A DNA stretch of 63,743 nucleotides, filler included, from Octopus bimaculoides (GCF_001194135.2; 5 parts of 5 records of this genome joined end to end with filler, not necessarily neighbours in it); one strand, 5' to 3'. Shown: positions 1 through 11,387, counted from the first letter of the whole stretch. The notes: generated from the sequence alone by a model not told the origin. Made by a program: numbers and translations.

Positions 1-921
1 CATCGGACCATTCTTCTCTAATGGATAGGCTTCTTAATCCAGACATATTCCTGCATTATTTGGGGAAATTTATAACTAAGTTTTTTGTATTTCCATTTGG
101 TGCAGTGATGTAAAGAATTTTCTTGTCTTGCTGTTGATGCTTTGTGAGGGTCTTTCGATTCTGTTGCACAAATGAAATTCTTTACACACATGCATACTCC
201 CCCCCCCCACTCAGTGTGCTCAGTATGCATATACAAAGAGTGAAAGGGAGCGCGGTAAATATATAGAGAGAGGGGGAAGTTTACATTGAGAAAAGTGTGA
301 GTGAAAGAGACAGACAAAGAGAAAGAGAGAAAGGATCTTGTCTACTGCTGTCACAGATTTTGAAATTTTAAAACTAACTGAAAATTTTCTAGTTTGGTAT
401 ATTGATGTACTTTTTCATGCTGGATTTGATTTTGTAATTTATTTATTTATTCTAAAAACTTTTAGAAAAATTTTACAGATAATTTTTTTACCCAATCAGA
501 AAACAGGATTTAGAAGCTAGCATTTTCTGCATGATAGCTGTCTATCATAAAATGAAAGTAAACATGACGACAATGAAGTTTTAAACAAAACGATGGCAAT
601 TACATGTCATATCAAGAGAGTGGGGGAACAGCTTGAGAGTGATAAAGAGTGTGGTAATTATATATAAAGAGGGAAAAGGCAAAAGAAAGAGAGAGCCTGA
701 AGAAGACAGACGGAGAGAGAAAGATTTGTTGAGTGAAAAGTTGAGTTATTTCTCATAGAAATTAGCTTTCTTGATTAATTATAACTGAATGTCTTGTCGT
801 TGGGATGCAGATTTCAAAAATCAAATGTATTTTTCTTGAGGATGCACTGTTTTGGAGCCTTTCCATGACATATTCACATACATGTACACAAACACTCTCA
901 TTGATATAGCATATAATACAT

Positions 922-962
922 GTATGTGTGTGTGTGTGTGCACATGTGCATGCGTGTGTGTG

Positions 963-1050
<88 letters not shown>

Positions 1051-1343
1051 GATAGATATAGAGAGATAGATAAATAGATAGAGAGATAAATAGATAGATA
1101 GATAGATAGATGGATGGATGGATGGATAGATACATCACACATACATATTTGTCTATCTGTACCCCTGACTCTGTGTGTGCATGTGTGTGTTTCTTTCCTC
1201 CCTCTTTTTCTCTCTCTCCCACACTCTCTCTCTCTATATATATATGAAAAAGAGAAAGGGGAGAGAAAGCGAGAGAGAAGGAGAGAGAGAAGGGGAGAAA
1301 GAAAGCGAGAAAGAAATAGAGAGAGAGAGATAGAGAGAGAGAG

Positions 1344-1376
<33 letters not shown>

Positions 1377-1380
1377 ATGA
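922..1380. repeat. Compound microsatellite (TG)n/(GATA)n/(GA)n
   Basis: Directly visible. Similar tracts recur throughout (e.g. 23830-24160, 27830-28730, 36240-37220, 46864-47320, 60200-62730) and explain most ORF-track entries. Confidence 0.97.
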
Positions 1381-1629
1381 ATATGAAAATTAGGATAAAA
1401 TAACAAAGAAATAAGAATGAGTTTCTGAGTAAGAATGAAAAAAAATAAGTAGAAAAGGGAAAAGAAGTAAAAGAAAATAAAAGAGAAAAACAGATTTAAG
1501 AAAAATAAACACATGACAGGAGAACTAGAGAGAAAAAAAACACTTGTTATGATGAGATCAAATTACACGTTTTTTACTTTTCAACAAATTTATAAATGAT
1601 CCCTTGTTTCCAATTTATGGCACTTCTAG

Positions 1630-1760
1630 GGGTGGGGGTTTAATTGATTGCATTGATCGATCCATTCTTCAGCTGGTAGTTAATTTTATCATTCCCCTGA
1701 AAGGATAAATGGCAAGATTGCTCTTAGTGGTATTTGGATTAGAATGTAAAATCAGAAGAA
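1630..1760 (-). mobile_element. Degenerate tRNA-derived SINE fragment (family D, consensus-like gtcgattacatcgaccccagt...gaaaggatgaaaggcaaagtcgacc)
   Basis: Diverged match to the better copies at 20330-20762, 22640-23072 and 37868-38420. Confidence 0.6.
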
Positions 1761-1933
1761 ATATAAGGACACAGATCGTGTCGTATAACCAGCTGGAGAT
1801 GATGTCTCCTGGGGCTAAATTACAGCCACATCCGTCCTAAACCAGGGCTGCCATGTTATGTTGGCAAACAATCTTTACTCCAAAGTACTGTTGCTGAATA
1901 TCTCTCGTTGTGAGATTTACAAATAGTAAATTT
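1759..1933 (+). repeat. ~175 bp direct repeat, copy 1 (copy 2 at 3173-3346)
   Basis: aaatataaggacacagatcgtgtcgtata...ctccaaagtactgttgctgaatatct occurs at both sites with roughly 90% identity by eye. Confidence 0.9.
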
Positions 1934-1959
1934 AAAGATTTTTTAAAATGTAAATTTTT

Positions 1960-2989
1960 TAAAAGGTTTAATAATGAATAATGACTAATTAATCAATAAT
2001 GTATTCACCTTTGTTGTTTACAACTTCTTCCCAATTCCCAACATTTAACAAAATTTTCAATACTTCGTTGGTAGAAATCACCCAGTTTCTACTTGAAAAA
2101 TTGATCTAATCAAACTCTCAATTCTGCATCAGTATTGAACGAAACTCTGCACATAGCATTTGAAAGAGATCGAAAGAGGTAGAAATCCGTTTGTGCCAAA
2201 TCAGGAGAGTACGGAGGGTGTGGCAGCACTTCCCAGCCATGCGTTTCAATGGCTTCCTTGGTCATATTGGCGATTTGAGGGCGGGCATTGTTGTGCAGCA
2301 GAAGAACTCCATGCTGCCGATTAGGTCTTTTCTCTTGAATAGCCATGTTGAGTCATTCCATCTGTTGAACTCTATGTTCTGCGTTGACCGTTTGGTTCCG
2401 TTCAAGCAAACCAGCGGAGATTGTGGCTCGTTGATTTTTGTTTTGCCACTTAAAGCATGCAGAACCCATGCTTCATACTTTTGAACCATTCCCATCGAGT
2501 GAAGATGCTTCTCTATAGCAGTATGGGAGCATTCCATTTTCTCTGCCAGTTCCCTTGTTGTTTGCAAAAGTTGGTTTAATCGCTCTTCAATGAACTCAAC
2601 TGGATGGCCAGAACAAGGTGCATCTTTGAGGTCAAAATTTCCATTTTTGAACTTGCATACCAATCACGAGCGGTTCTTTCAGCTATGTCACCCTCTCCAT
2701 ACACCGCACAAATGTCGCAAGCAGCTTTTACGGCCTTAAAACCTTGATTAAAAGCAAAAAAGGAGGTGTCAAAAATACTCATTTTTCTTAACTTGACATT
2801 CCATTTTAATGAACTGAAAATAAACAAAAAATTAACTAAAATTAATTAGAAAAAAAAAAAAAAAAAAAAAAAAAAGATTCCAAAATGATTCAAAAATAGA
2901 ATTCTCGAAAAAAATAGATTCCAAAATTTAAAAACACAATAAATTTCAAAATTTAAAAAAATGGCAGGAACTTAGTTGCCAGCCCAATA
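1960..2989 (-). mobile_element. Mariner transposon remnant, internally deleted, one TIR
   Basis: Frameshifted transposase: N-terminal HTH (EGDIAERTARDW, FKNGNFDLKDAPCSGHP), WVxH-like, HNNARP, HPPYSPDLA, ending VVNNKGEYIID* (stop about 1989). TIR cttagttgccagcccaa followed by TA at 2971-2989. The first catalytic Asp region is absent. Confidence 0.93.
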
Positions 2990-3084
2990 ATTTTCTAAAT
3001 TATAGATCAGTGACTAGTTGTCACTTTAAAAACTATATATTTTGAAAGGGAATTTGGCAGTACCACCTCTAGCCGAACAATTAG

Positions 3085-3129
3085 TCTGTGCTGATGAAGG
3101 GAAATAATCTGGAAATAACAATACACAGA
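3085..3129 (+). ncRNA. Degenerate minimal type I hammerhead ribozyme motif (PLE pLTR-like)
   Basis: tctgtg-CTGATGA-agggaaataatctg-GAAA-t-aaca-ATA-cacaga. Helix I tctgtg/cacaga is perfect; helix II is imperfect. Confidence 0.55.
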
Positions 3130-3172
3130 TATTGTTTTGAGCTGAGTGGGGGTGCTAGATTCCCTTGTTCGA

Positions 3173-3346
3173 AAATATAAGGACACAGATCGTGTCGTAT
3201 AGCCAGCTGGAGATGATGTCTCCTGGGGCTAAATTACAGCAACATTAGTCCTAAACCAGGACTGCCATGTTATGTTGGCAAATAATTTTTACTCCAAAGT
3301 ACTGTTGCTGAATATCTCACATTGTGAAATTTAAAAATAGTAATTT
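3173..3346 (+). repeat. ~175 bp direct repeat, copy 2, just downstream of a hammerhead motif
   Basis: Matches 1759-1933. Confidence 0.9.
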
Positions 3347-3421
3347 TCTAGAAAAAAGAAGAAATACCATTTAGCATTTTGTTCAACTTGCTTATGATTC
3401 AACCAACTCGCCTGTGTATGT

Positions 3422-3728
3422 TGTTTTTGTTCCTTCCCAAGTCATGCCTGACTCATAAGAGCCGGTTTCCTGCTTTCATTGGCATATAGGTTCCCCAACT
3501 GGATGGGACGCTGGTCCGTGTCTCAAGTGAGCTGCTAGATGCAGGAGGAAAGAGTGAAGGACAGTTTGGCAAAAGCATCAGCAGAAGTTTACCATTACCT
3601 TCTGCCAGAACCACGTGGAATTTAGATATTTCGCTAATAAACACATATATTGCCCGGTCTAAGAAGCAAACCTGCAATCCCTCGACTGTGAGTCTGCTGC
3701 TCTAACCACTAGGCCATGTGTCCCCCAC
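3422..3728 (-). mobile_element. tRNA-derived SINE with a family-B-type head and a different 3' tail
   Basis: Minus strand reads cacatggcctagtggttagagcagcagactcacagtcgagggattgcaggtttg (A/B-box-like). The 5' half resembles 33564-33700; the tail ends gaaggaacaaaaacaac. Confidence 0.8.
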
Positions 3729-4045
3729 TTTCACAGACATAAACAAACATACTACAGAAGCTTTTGCACAGTTTCCATGTATCAAATTCACTCAACAAGC
3801 GAAGATGAATCCCAAGGCTGCAATAAACAAATTGAGAATGAATCTCTTTAAAAAGTGGGAAAATAGTTAGCAAGTGCATTCTTGATGGTTTTAACCTCAA
3901 AATCAGGACTACTACGAAATTAGAACAATGGAATGGCAGGACCACCATTATTAAGTGTTCTTACAACATTAAAAATAAACCACATTGCAGATTCACCCAG
4001 TTGGATATAGTGGATTTTAAAACTATTATGTTGAATAAGTTGGAT

Positions 4046-4394
4046 CATCATCATCATCATCATCATCATCGTTTAACGTCCGCTTTCCATGCTAGCATGG
4101 GTTGGACGATTTGACTGAGGACTGGCGAACCAGAAGGCTACACCAGGCTCCAATTTGATCTGGCAGAGTTTCTATAGCTGGATGCCCTTCCTAATGCCAA
4201 CCACTCCGAGAGTGTAGTGAGTGCTTTTTACATGCCACCGGCACAAGGGCCAGTCACACAGTACTGGCAACAGCCATGCTCAAAATGGTGTTTTTTATAT
4301 GCCACCTGCACAGGAGCCAGTCCAGCGGCACTGGCAACAACCTCACTCAAATGATTTTCTAATGTGCCACTGGCACAAGTGCCAGTAAGGCGAC
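4046..4394 (-). mobile_element. RTE LINE 3' end fragment with (GAT)n tail
   Basis: Reverse complement matches the 3' UTR at 14300-14699 (ccaacccatgctagcatggaaagcggacgttaaacgatgatg). Confidence 0.9.
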
Positions 4395-4579
4395 CTCTAT
4401 TAATTTTTCTTTGAATCTGTAGGAAATATATAATGGATTCATAATCAAGGAATTGAAACCTCAGTCTATTTGTTTGACCTCTCAAATTTACCATTATCTA
4501 AGGTGAGCTAGAGGTCAATCTAGATAAACCCATGCTATTTTAATTTTCAGTGACGTAATTCAGCTGTTACATAGGTAAC

Positions 4580-4627
4580 TGTAAAAAACATGATACCTGT
4601 AAAAAACATGATACCTGTAAAAAAATT
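4580..4627. repeat. 18-bp tandem repeat, about 2.5 units (ctgtaaaaaacatgatac)
   Basis: Directly visible. Confidence 0.9.
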
Positions 4628-4751
4628 CTTTCTGAGATATCCAGACAGTTTACTTCTAAGATTTCTAAACAGTTTACTTCTGTCATTTATAGCAACTTCA
4701 ATGAGACTTAATTCCCCACCCCCACCACCACCACCACCACCCACACACATA

Positions 4752-5672
4752 CGAGGTGGTATCAAAAGGTTTCCGGACTAGTTCTGTAGCACGCCAACAG
4801 ATGGCAGCACATGGTTGCATGCACAGTGAGAGTTAGCAGTGACCTTCAATAGGCAGCGTGCTGAGTGACATCACTGTGTTTGCTTTGCAAATTGTGAAAT
4901 TTGTGTTTTCATGATCAGATGTATGCTGTAGTCTGTGATTTTTTGTTATGGACAGGAACAGAGAACCAGCATGAAATTTTGAATTAAACTTGGGAAGTTT
5001 TCTACTGAGACATTGAGGATGCTTCAGCAAGCCTATGACAAAAAAGCAATGGGTTGGACGCAATGCTTTGAGTGGCACTGGTGCTTCAAAAGCAGAAGAA
5101 CATCCCTGGAAGACGATTAGTGATCTGGAAGACCTGCCATGAGTGTCACCCCTGGAAATATGGTATTGTGCATTGAAAATTCATCTCTCAGGGCCAGACC
5201 ATCAGTCAAGAGTTCTACTGTGACATTTTGAAGCATTTGAGGGAGGACATTCAGTAGAAGCGGCTGGATTAGTGGAGCATGAAGAATTGGATTTTTCTTG
5301 ACAACAATGCACCCTGTCACCAAGCTCTCCTCACTCATGAGTTTCCCTGCCAAAAAACAACATGGTATTGCTTCTGCACCTGCCCATTAACCAGATTTAG
5401 CACCTGTGGACTTCCATCTCTTCTCCAAGATGAAAATACAGCTGAAAGGTTACCGTTTTAATATCGTTGAAGTCCAGAGTGAATCACAGAAAGTTCTTGA
5501 CTCACTTACAGAAAATGACTTCCAGGACAGATTCCAAAAGTGGTGGGAACATTGAAACCAGTTTATTGATGTGCAAGGTGACTATTTCAAAGGAGATGAT
5601 GTTAGAACTTAAGGTAAATAAGTTATTTTTCATTAAACATAACTAATCCAGGAACTTTTTGATACCAACTCG
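4752..5672 (+). mobile_element. Mariner transposon, both TIRs and TA TSD, internally deleted pseudogene
   Basis: TA|cgaggtggtatcaaaaggtttccggactagtt ... aactaatccaggaactttttgataccaactcg|TA. Decayed translation: KLGKxSTETLRMLQQAY, SLEDDxxSGRP, a jump to GQTISQEFY, DNNAPCH, PDLAPVDF, GDYFKGD. Confidence 0.93.
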
Positions 5673-5779
5673 TACTTTTTGGTATGAGTCCTGAACCAGT
5701 TACCTTCTTCTTTTCACTCACTTAGTGACAGACTACTATAAGTACTGAGCAGAAGATTCTTGTTGCTAAAGACCATCAT

Positions 5780-6200
5780 CTGCTGCACAAATTTTTGTGT
5801 TTTCCTCCAAATCATTGCACTTGTAACAATTGAATAAAATCTTTAATAAGTATACACTATCTTTTCTCAATTCATTTTAATACAACCAGAAATTCTTAAA
5901 TTATCACATCTTCACATGTTACAAATCCTTTTTCATGAAAGCACTGGATTTCAGGAGATGATTTTTTTTTCTACAATTAGCAACATAAATGCAAAGATAA
6001 TAATGTTCACATATACACACATATCATTTGTTATTCAGTGAGGGACATAGAATATCAATGATCTTTTAAGAGCTTCCAGATCAAGACAGGAGACTATCAG
6101 ATTAAATATCTGCAGGTTGATGTTATCTACAAAGAAAGAAAGTAAAAAAAAAAACAGGATGATAAAGAAGTTCCAAAAGCATAAGGTTCGATGCAGGAAA
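5780..6200 (-). mobile_element. Possible highly decayed PLE reverse transcriptase fragment
   Basis: Minus-strand patches NCRK..SAFMKKD and ICAADDGL resemble PLE RT motifs; many stops. Confidence 0.35.
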
Positions 6201-6314
6201 AGTTGAATGAAGTGAATACCCTCCATGTTTGAAAAATGTAAGTCACAGTAAGAGACAAAAAAAAGAGAAGTCTCGTTGCATGAGTATTGCAGTTTAGTTA
6301 CCATAGTTTTAGTG

Positions 6315-6522
6315 CAAAGGTTCTCAACCATTTTTTATCTCTGGACCCCTTTGATTACTATTTTATTTTGGTGGACCTCCATAGCTATTCGGTGTATAAA
6401 AATTAGTTTTATAGAAACTTCTTTCAAAATCCCTATTTTGTTTTTCTCACACATTCACTTGTTTAGGTTGAACTATGTAAAATGTTAGAGAAAGAGACCT
6501 AGCTGTGTCTTGCAATACATTC
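6315..6522 (+). mobile_element. Partial hAT-type MITE (5' ~200 bp duplicate of the adjacent copy)
   Basis: ggttctcaaccattttttatctctggacccctttgattactatttt matches 6531-6730. Confidence 0.8.
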
Positions 6523-6530
6523 ATTTAAAG

Positions 6531-6846
6531 CAGGGGTTCTCAGCCATTTTTAATCTGTGGACCCCTTTGATTACTATTTTATTTTGGTGGACCTTCGTAG
6601 CCATTCGATGTTTAAAAACTAATCTTATAGAAACTTCTTTCAAAATTCCTATTTTGTGTTTCACACATTAGCTTGTGTAGGTTGAACTACGTAAAAGAAA
6701 GAAATCTAATTGTTTCTTGCAATACATATCAATAGATACATCTAAAACAAAAATTTTTTCAGGGGCCCTTAAATTACTATTATGATCCCTAATTTACTGC
6801 AATTTTGTTGCAAAAATCTTATATGGACCCCAGTTGAGAACCCTTG
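6531..6846 (+). mobile_element. hAT-type MITE
   Basis: TIRs caggggttctca ... tgagaacccttg; 8-bp flanks atttaaag / ttttagag look like a decayed TSD. A related fragment lies at about 26280-26337. Confidence 0.8.
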
Positions 6847-7315
6847 TTTTAGAGGAAGCTGAAAAAGAAAGCAAAATATCTTTAAGAGCAACATGATGTT
6901 ATCTTGTAATGTATTTGGGTTGATGAGTCTAAATTTTTCCAGTCTGTTGAATCACAGTTTGGAAGAAAACAAGAATGGTCGTGTGTGGAATGTCAGTGAG
7001 TGAAAAGAACGATCAGGAACTGAATGCATGTTATGGTCCTAATAATGAAGCTTAGTCATTGGAGAACAGTACTGGCAATGTAATGTATACCTACACACAC
7101 ACACACACACGTGTGTGTGTGTGTGTGTGTATGAATGCTAAAATTAGGTTGTGGGATTTTACATTTGTAGTGATTTGTGAGAGCCTTAACTGTATGTTGT
7201 TCTTCCTGTAGAGTAAGAAAGGGTGTTCTATCAAAACTGCTTCCTTGATAATTTTATGAATTGAGTTTTTGTTGAAAAATATTAACACAAATATGTTTCG
7301 TTGATTGTGAGTGTG

Positions 7316-7354
<39 letters not shown>

Positions 7355-7522
7355 NNNNNNNNNNNNNNNNNNNNNNNNNNNNNNNNNNNNNNNNNNNNNN
7401 NNNNNNNNNNNNNNNNNNNNNNNNNNNNNNNNNNNNNNNNNNNNNNNNNNNNNNNNNNNNNNNNNNNNNNNNNNNNNNNNNNNNNNNNNNNNNNNNNNNN
7501 NNNNNNNNNNNNNNNNNNNNNN

Positions 7523-7560
<38 letters not shown>

Positions 7561-7951
7561 CAAAATGTGCACTTTTACGTATTTTGCATTAAAATATATA
7601 AAGGTGTGCGTGTGCATGTGCATGCTGCTGCCATTGATGAAAGTATGTATGTGTGTACGTGTGTGTATGTGTGTGTGTGTGGCATATTTGTGGAGTCACT
7701 ACAGCGTTAGACAGATTACATTGTTGTTCTCTCCCTCTGGGGTTAACTTTGTCTTTCACCCTTTGGACACCAATAAATAAGATATCGGTCCCTTGGTACG
7801 ATGATTCCTTTCTTTTCTCAGCTTCACAATCAAGAAGAAATCAGCTGTTGTCAAACCTGGGGACAAGTGACTCCTTAGATTTAAATATAACCAACACACC
7901 AAATGTCAGGCTAGGCACCTTACAATTTCATTAGCCATTGAAGGCCCAATG

Positions 7952-7982
<31 letters not shown>

Positions 7983-7987
7983 TTACA

Positions 7988-8200
7988 AGGGTGCAAGAGT
8001 GGCTGTGTGGTAAGTAGCTTGCTTACCAAGGTTCAGTCCCACTGCATGGCACCTTGGGCAAGTGTCTTCTACTATAGCCTTGGGCTGACCAAAGCCTTGT
8101 GAGTGGATTTGGTAGATGGAAACTGAAAGAAGGCCGTTGTGTATATATNNNNNNNNNNNNNNNNNNNNNNNNNNNNNNNNNNNNNNNNNNNNNNNNNNNN

Positions 8201-8240
<40 letters not shown>

Positions 8241-8435
8241 ATGTATGTGTGTGTGTATATGTTTGTGTGTCTGTGTTTGTCCCCCAACATCGCTTGAGAA
8301 CCGATGCTGGTGTGTTTACATTCCCGTAACTTAGCAGTTCGGCAAAAGAGACCGATAGCATAAGTACTAGGCTTACAAAAAATAACTCCTGGGGTCGATT
8401 TCTTCGACTAAAGACGGTGCTCCAGCATGGCCACA
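7988..8435 (+). mobile_element. tRNA/CORE-like SINE family A with an internal microsatellite
   Basis: gtggctgtgtggtaagtagcttg...caccttgggcaagtgtctt (CORE-like)...gaaactgaaagaag-(TA/TG)n-gtttgtcccc...ctccagcatggcc. Other copies or halves: about 10305-10420, 15369-15725, 24366-24535, 40270-40408, 56270-57690(-), 57845-58375, 62120-62280(-), 63085-63480. Confidence 0.9.
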
Positions 8436-8476
8436 TGTATATATGTATATATATACATATATATATGCATGTATGT

Positions 8477-8516
<40 letters not shown>

Positions 8517-9049
8517 GCCCTTTATATAAATATAAACAAATAATTATATTCTTGGGAATAGAAATTTCCCTTATGAATTTTTTTTACACACTGGCTTCTT
8601 GATAAAATTCTTATAAAAGAGTTTTATCCCTTTTTGAATTTATTTATCAAATATATATGTATATATATATATACATAAATATATATATGTGTATATATAT
8701 ACATATATACATGTATACATATGTATCTATGTATATGTGTATGTGTATATATGTATGTATCTATCTTTCTCTATATGTATACACTCATATATATATCTAA
8801 ATACACATACATTGATATATATCTGTGTGCATATATATATATATATGTACGTATATCAATTACACATACATGCATACACAGACACACATACACATGAGTG
8901 AATGTGTATGTATATACATTTTCTTCAAAGGGGTTTTAGTGCATATGTTTGCAGATGTTTAGGTTTAGAGATGTATGTAGGAAATTTATCTTCTTCTCTT
9001 GTTTGATTTTTAAATGTATTTTTTTAAACGGATATCTATGTGCGTATAT

Positions 9050-9560
9050 TATATACTATGCTCATTCGTATTATATGACAGAGCAAACCAAGTGCTATGC
9101 CTTTGATAGAAGACCTCATTCAGTTTTTTTCCCGGAATATTTACTATGTCATATCACCCAATCAGAAATTGTTGCTCTACTATAGTAACCCATCAAATAC
9201 ATCAAATATTTCTCTCTCTGTTTGTTAACCCAGAATAAATTGTCATGAACTACAATAACTTCCTTGTATACAGCATTATATTCCCATTATTACCGGTTAC
9301 ATTTCAGTATTTTCTTTTCCAAATTCATGGCGGCCATGAGATTATTTTATTGGTGGGTAGGTAGATTTCTACAATATCGAGCAAAATGAATTCACCGTTG
9401 GATTTATCATTGACATTATTTAACTGTTTGTAGCAATTCCATTGTGATATCATTCTTTTGAATGTCTTGTTTTTCTATTTTCAGAATCTGAAATGTATTT
9501 TCTGACAATAGTTCGTTCATTTTTTTGGGGGGATTAATGTGTCTGATATTAGGATTAGTC
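9050..9560 (-). mobile_element. Decayed PLE reverse transcriptase fragment
   Basis: Minus frames give NDKSNGEFILLDIVEIYLP (motif A-like FIQxDIVxFYP) and VHDNLFWVNKQ...LMGYYSRATISD (MGxxDGAEI-like). Confidence 0.6.
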
Positions 9561-9798
9561 AATACTGTCTTCTTGTGTTAAGTAAGGCCTGTGTAGGTTG
9601 AGGCATCCTATTCATTTATCTTATTATTTTTCTATATATATGTTTATGAGTGTGTGTGTGTGTGTGAATAGACATATATAAGCATATATAAGTTATGTGT
9701 ACATATGTATAGACACACACACACACACACACACCACACACACACCACACACATATATATATATATTTATATAANNNNNNNNNNCACATATATATATA

Positions 9799-9945
9799 TA
9801 TTTATATAAGGGCATTACTATACAAGAATGCCTCACGCTAAGAGGGACTCTAAGGTCAAACTACCATAATAAACACATGGTAGTCTGACCTTAGAGACCC
9901 TCTTAGCGTGTGGCATTCTTGTATAGTAATGCCCTTATATAAATA
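9799..9945. mobile_element. Foldback/hairpin MITE with ~69-bp arms and a 9-nt loop
   Basis: Arms differ at 3 positions; loop aataaacac; TA-rich flanks. A half copy lies at 32741-32812. Confidence 0.88.
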
Positions 9946-10451
9946 AATATATTTTGAGGAATAAATGATGGATTTTTTCCCTTATGAGGTATTTTTCACG
10001 CTAGCTACTTGATAAATTCTTATAAAAGAATTCATCCTATTATTAAATTTGAATATATNNNNNNNNNNNNNNNNNNNNNNNNNNNNNNNNNNNNNNNNNN
10101 NNNNNNNNNNNNNNNNNNNNNNNNNNNNNNNNNNNNNNNNNNNNNNNNNNNNNNNNNNNNNNNNNNNNNNNNNNNNNNNNNNNNNNNNNNNNNNNNNNNN
10201 NNNNNNNNNNNNNNNNNNNNNNNNNNNNNNNNNNNNNNNNNNNNNNNNNNNNNNNNNNNNNNNNNNNNNNNNNNNNNNNNNNNNNNATATATATATATAT
10301 ATATAGGTGCAGGAGTGGTTGTGTGGTAAGTAGCTTGCTTCCCAACCCCATAATTCTGGGTTCAGTCCTACTACATGGCACCTTGGGCAAGTGTCTTCTA
10401 CTTTAGCCTCGGGCCAACCAAAATTAAAAAAAAAATTATAACGTTATATGA

Positions 10452-10888
10452 GTCAGTGATCTAACTTTAAAGTGAATATATTATAGAGTATTATGTCCTC
10501 GTGTACATCATAGATTTTAGATAGATTACAGCTATTATTTTTAAGGTTATATGAGAAATACTTCATAAATGAGAAATTCTTCATTTTAATGGCCAAATTA
10601 GAATTACTTAATAAACAAGACGAGAAAAATACAACATGCTTACATAAAGATAAATTCTTATTCTCTAAATACCGCTAACACTTACATTATAGGTTATTAG
10701 CTGACCTGCTTAACATCTGAGTACCTCCCCTAACCCTCCCACTTACCACAGAGCATATTTTAACATCATATCACAAGTAAATTAAATTAAATTACCCCAG
10801 TTAACTGAATTATCTATCTAAAATCTACAATGTACACCAGGGCATATAATTCTCTATAATATATTCACTTTAAAGTTGGATTGCTGAC
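10452..10888. mobile_element. MITE with ~75-bp terminal inverted repeats
   Basis: gtcagtgatctaactttaaagtgaatatattatagag...tagattttagatagat is inverted at about 10812-10888. Confidence 0.8.
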
Positions 10889-11308
10889 ATGTTATATTTT
10901 TTAGTTAAAAAAAATTTTTTAATGATCCATTTTATTTATATATATATATATATTTTTATCATACCATTTACTTAACCCAAATTTATACATTATATTGTAC
11001 TAACTTTTTAAAAGCATCCTTAGTTTTTAACAAGGGCATTATTTGTAATCATAGGGACTTACCTAGCAGTCACATACAGCGTTACATATTACAACTAACA
11101 ACACTGGATATTACCACCAGGTACAACTCCTTCAGCTAACACCACTGGTCAACTAGTCATTTTCCTCACCTACTGCTCCATTCATCTAATTGAAGAAACA
11201 TACATACATGTAAAACCCAAAAAGTCACTAAAATGTAAGCCTAAAGACTTAATGAACTTTTTCCTGTTTTCCTTTTTTCCCTTTTTCTCCTTTTATATTC
11301 CTCTAAAT

Positions 11309-11387
11309 CATTGTGATGATGTTTGCTAAATGGAATGAGATAAATGCAAATTTACTTCGAATTAACAAACTGAAACAGCTGTAAATG
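11309..11387 (+). ncRNA. Hammerhead ribozyme motif with long helix II and a C3G core mutation
   Basis: catt-gTGATGA-tgtttg...caaact-GAAA-c-AGCT-g-TA-aatg. Helix I catt/aatg; palindromic helix III loop. Confidence 0.6.

Noticed and set aside
18-317. 99-aa minus ORF at the window start
   Set aside because: Begins in simple repeats; other frames are stopped and loosely resemble retroelement linker sequence; nothing recognisable.
9485-9580. Strong plus-strand acceptor followed by a hydrophobic, TM-like peptide
   Set aside because: Needs a homopolymer frameshift to stay open and overlaps a minus-strand PLE RT remnant.
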